DNA of 64,000 bases from Thalia democratica (taxonomy: Eukaryota): the NCBI GenBank assembly GCA_965202585.1, contig OZ241833.1, positions 47,616,001 to 47,680,000 of the forward strand, written 5' to 3'. Positions within the stretch are counted from its first letter, which is position 1; the number at the start of each line of letters is the position of its first letter. This document shows positions 62,711 to 64,000 of the stretch, one piece after another. Position numbers and translations under genes: made by a program. The notes beneath the pieces were generated by a model that was given only the letters and a program-made list of their open reading frames with translations, was not told the origin of the DNA and did no database searches.

Positions 62711-63604
62711 CTAAAATGTTTTATATGATTACAGGCTTAAATGTGATATAAGTATAAAGTGTTTTCAAAGACATAAAATCATTTGTAACAACTTTTCAAT
62801 CTATAAAACAATAATTTAAAACTAAAACTTCACTTCTAAGCTGTAGTGTGTAAATTATTTTGGACTGTGCTTACATTAATTAAAACAAGTACTTTTAAGA
62901 AATTTAGATTTATATTTTCAAAAATCTGTAATTTAAAAGTTTTATAATACTTAAATTGCTAGCTACGCACTTTAAAAACTTACTAATAATCAATATAAAC
63001 TACAGGCAATTATTAAGTACTTAAATTACACAAACTTCTATTAAAGTAGAAGAGAACTTCTTGTTTTGGTATTTAGATGGTGAAAAATTAATTGTAGATG
63101 AGACATTCGATAATTGGTGAATTGTATCTTCATGCTAAAAATTATAATTATTTATTATAATTAAAAACAAATAATAGCAAGTATTATTTGAAGTTTTATA
63201 CAGATTAACAACAATTACATAACTACTGTTAAACTTTATTCGGTTTTGTAGCACAATTGATAACTCTAAAATTATCGTAGTTTATTAATTTAATTAGGAT
63301 GAGCTATTTACTTTTAGTATACATAGAAGTGTAAAATACATAACTAAATAAAAAGGTTTTGGTTTAACAATGTTTGACAATTTTTATTTAAAACTCTATG
63401 TTAAATACGTTTAAAAAAACATAGAAAAAGTTTAAATGGCTTATATAGTTTTCTTTATAAGATGAAACATTACTTCGTATAATATATTCTTAAATACATA
63501 AAAAAGATCAGCATACTTTTAAAACAGCTTATGTTCAACCTAAAAATTTTAAACAATATCATTTTATAGTAAGCATTAAAGTATTTCATTAGAAAACAAC
63601 CAAC

Positions 63605-63690
63605 CACATGTAAATCCTGCGTCAAATTTATAACTTTTTCTTCCAAATCTTGAACTACAAATCTGACTTCTTTGTTCTCCATTAGAAGAG
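63605..63690 (-). CDS. Coiled-coil protein exon (SLLMENKEVRFVVQDLEEKVINLTQDLH[V]); donor at 63607 or 63604
   Basis: tatcag acceptor; two possible phase-0 donors 3 nt apart. Confidence 0.8.
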
Positions 63691-63879
63691 CTGATAAAAA
63701 AACAAACTAAGTTCAAAACTATTGATGCTTATAACCAGTTGCTATACTTTATTTTATTTAGATTTTGTTTAATAAGTGCTTCAATTCTAACAAATTACAA
63801 AGTACATTCTCTTTATTTTCATAAATGATTTTAATAAACACATATTAGAACTTAATCTTATTATTCTCAGTAAACTAAC

Positions 63880-63982
63880 AAGTTCTCTCTTTATTAAGCT
63901 CATCTAAAACTTTATTTTGATCAGTAATTTCAATCATCAGTTTTCTATTTTCGTTTTCGAGCGATTTGTATAGCTTCTTACT
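63880..63982 (-). CDS. Coiled-coil protein, internal exon (SKKLYKSLENENRKLMIEITDQNKVLDELNKERT)
   Basis: ttttacag acceptor, GTTAGT donor, heptad-like sequence; phase matches the next exon. Confidence 0.85.
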
Positions 63983-64000
63983 CTGTAAAACAACAAATAA

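Noticed and set aside
1-64000. CRISPR arrays, rRNA or tRNA genes, prokaryotic operons, autonomous transposons
   Set aside because: I saw no regularly spaced repeat-spacer array, structured RNA gene or transposase/RT ORF, and the DNA is spliceosomal-intron-rich eukaryotic sequence.

Overview
This is eukaryotic, very AT-rich genomic DNA with GT-AG introns, probably from an invertebrate animal; the taxon cannot be fixed from the sequence alone. Every gene I can support is on the minus strand. (1) 318-23471: a large, probably secreted, mosaic protein with 27 phase-consistent exons (~1,290 codons, running off the left edge): CUB-MAM-LDLa-TIL-FN3-CUB-MAM followed by at least five thyroglobulin type-1 (Tg1) repeats. 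(2) 34156-36866: a complete 3-exon gene, not assembled by the ORF track, for a 105-aa secreted prepropeptide with dibasic sites and a C-x2-C-x7-C-x3-C C-terminal peptide. (3) About 38.6-58.1 kb: a tandem array of an unrecognised single-coding-exon family (three intact genes, one pseudogene, one unit whose ORF is deleted). (4) 61113-63982: the last five exons of a coiled-coil protein. (5) Several MITE-like elements, including a 213-bp near-perfect foldback. The most striking cross-cutting pattern is that many exons have decayed tandem copies ('echoes') of their own edge plus splice site in the adjacent intron. In one Tg1 repeat the echo reproduces the uninterrupted spliced junction, which suggests intron birth by tandem duplication at an AG|GT site. 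All translations, alignments and identity counts were done by hand; no database search was run.
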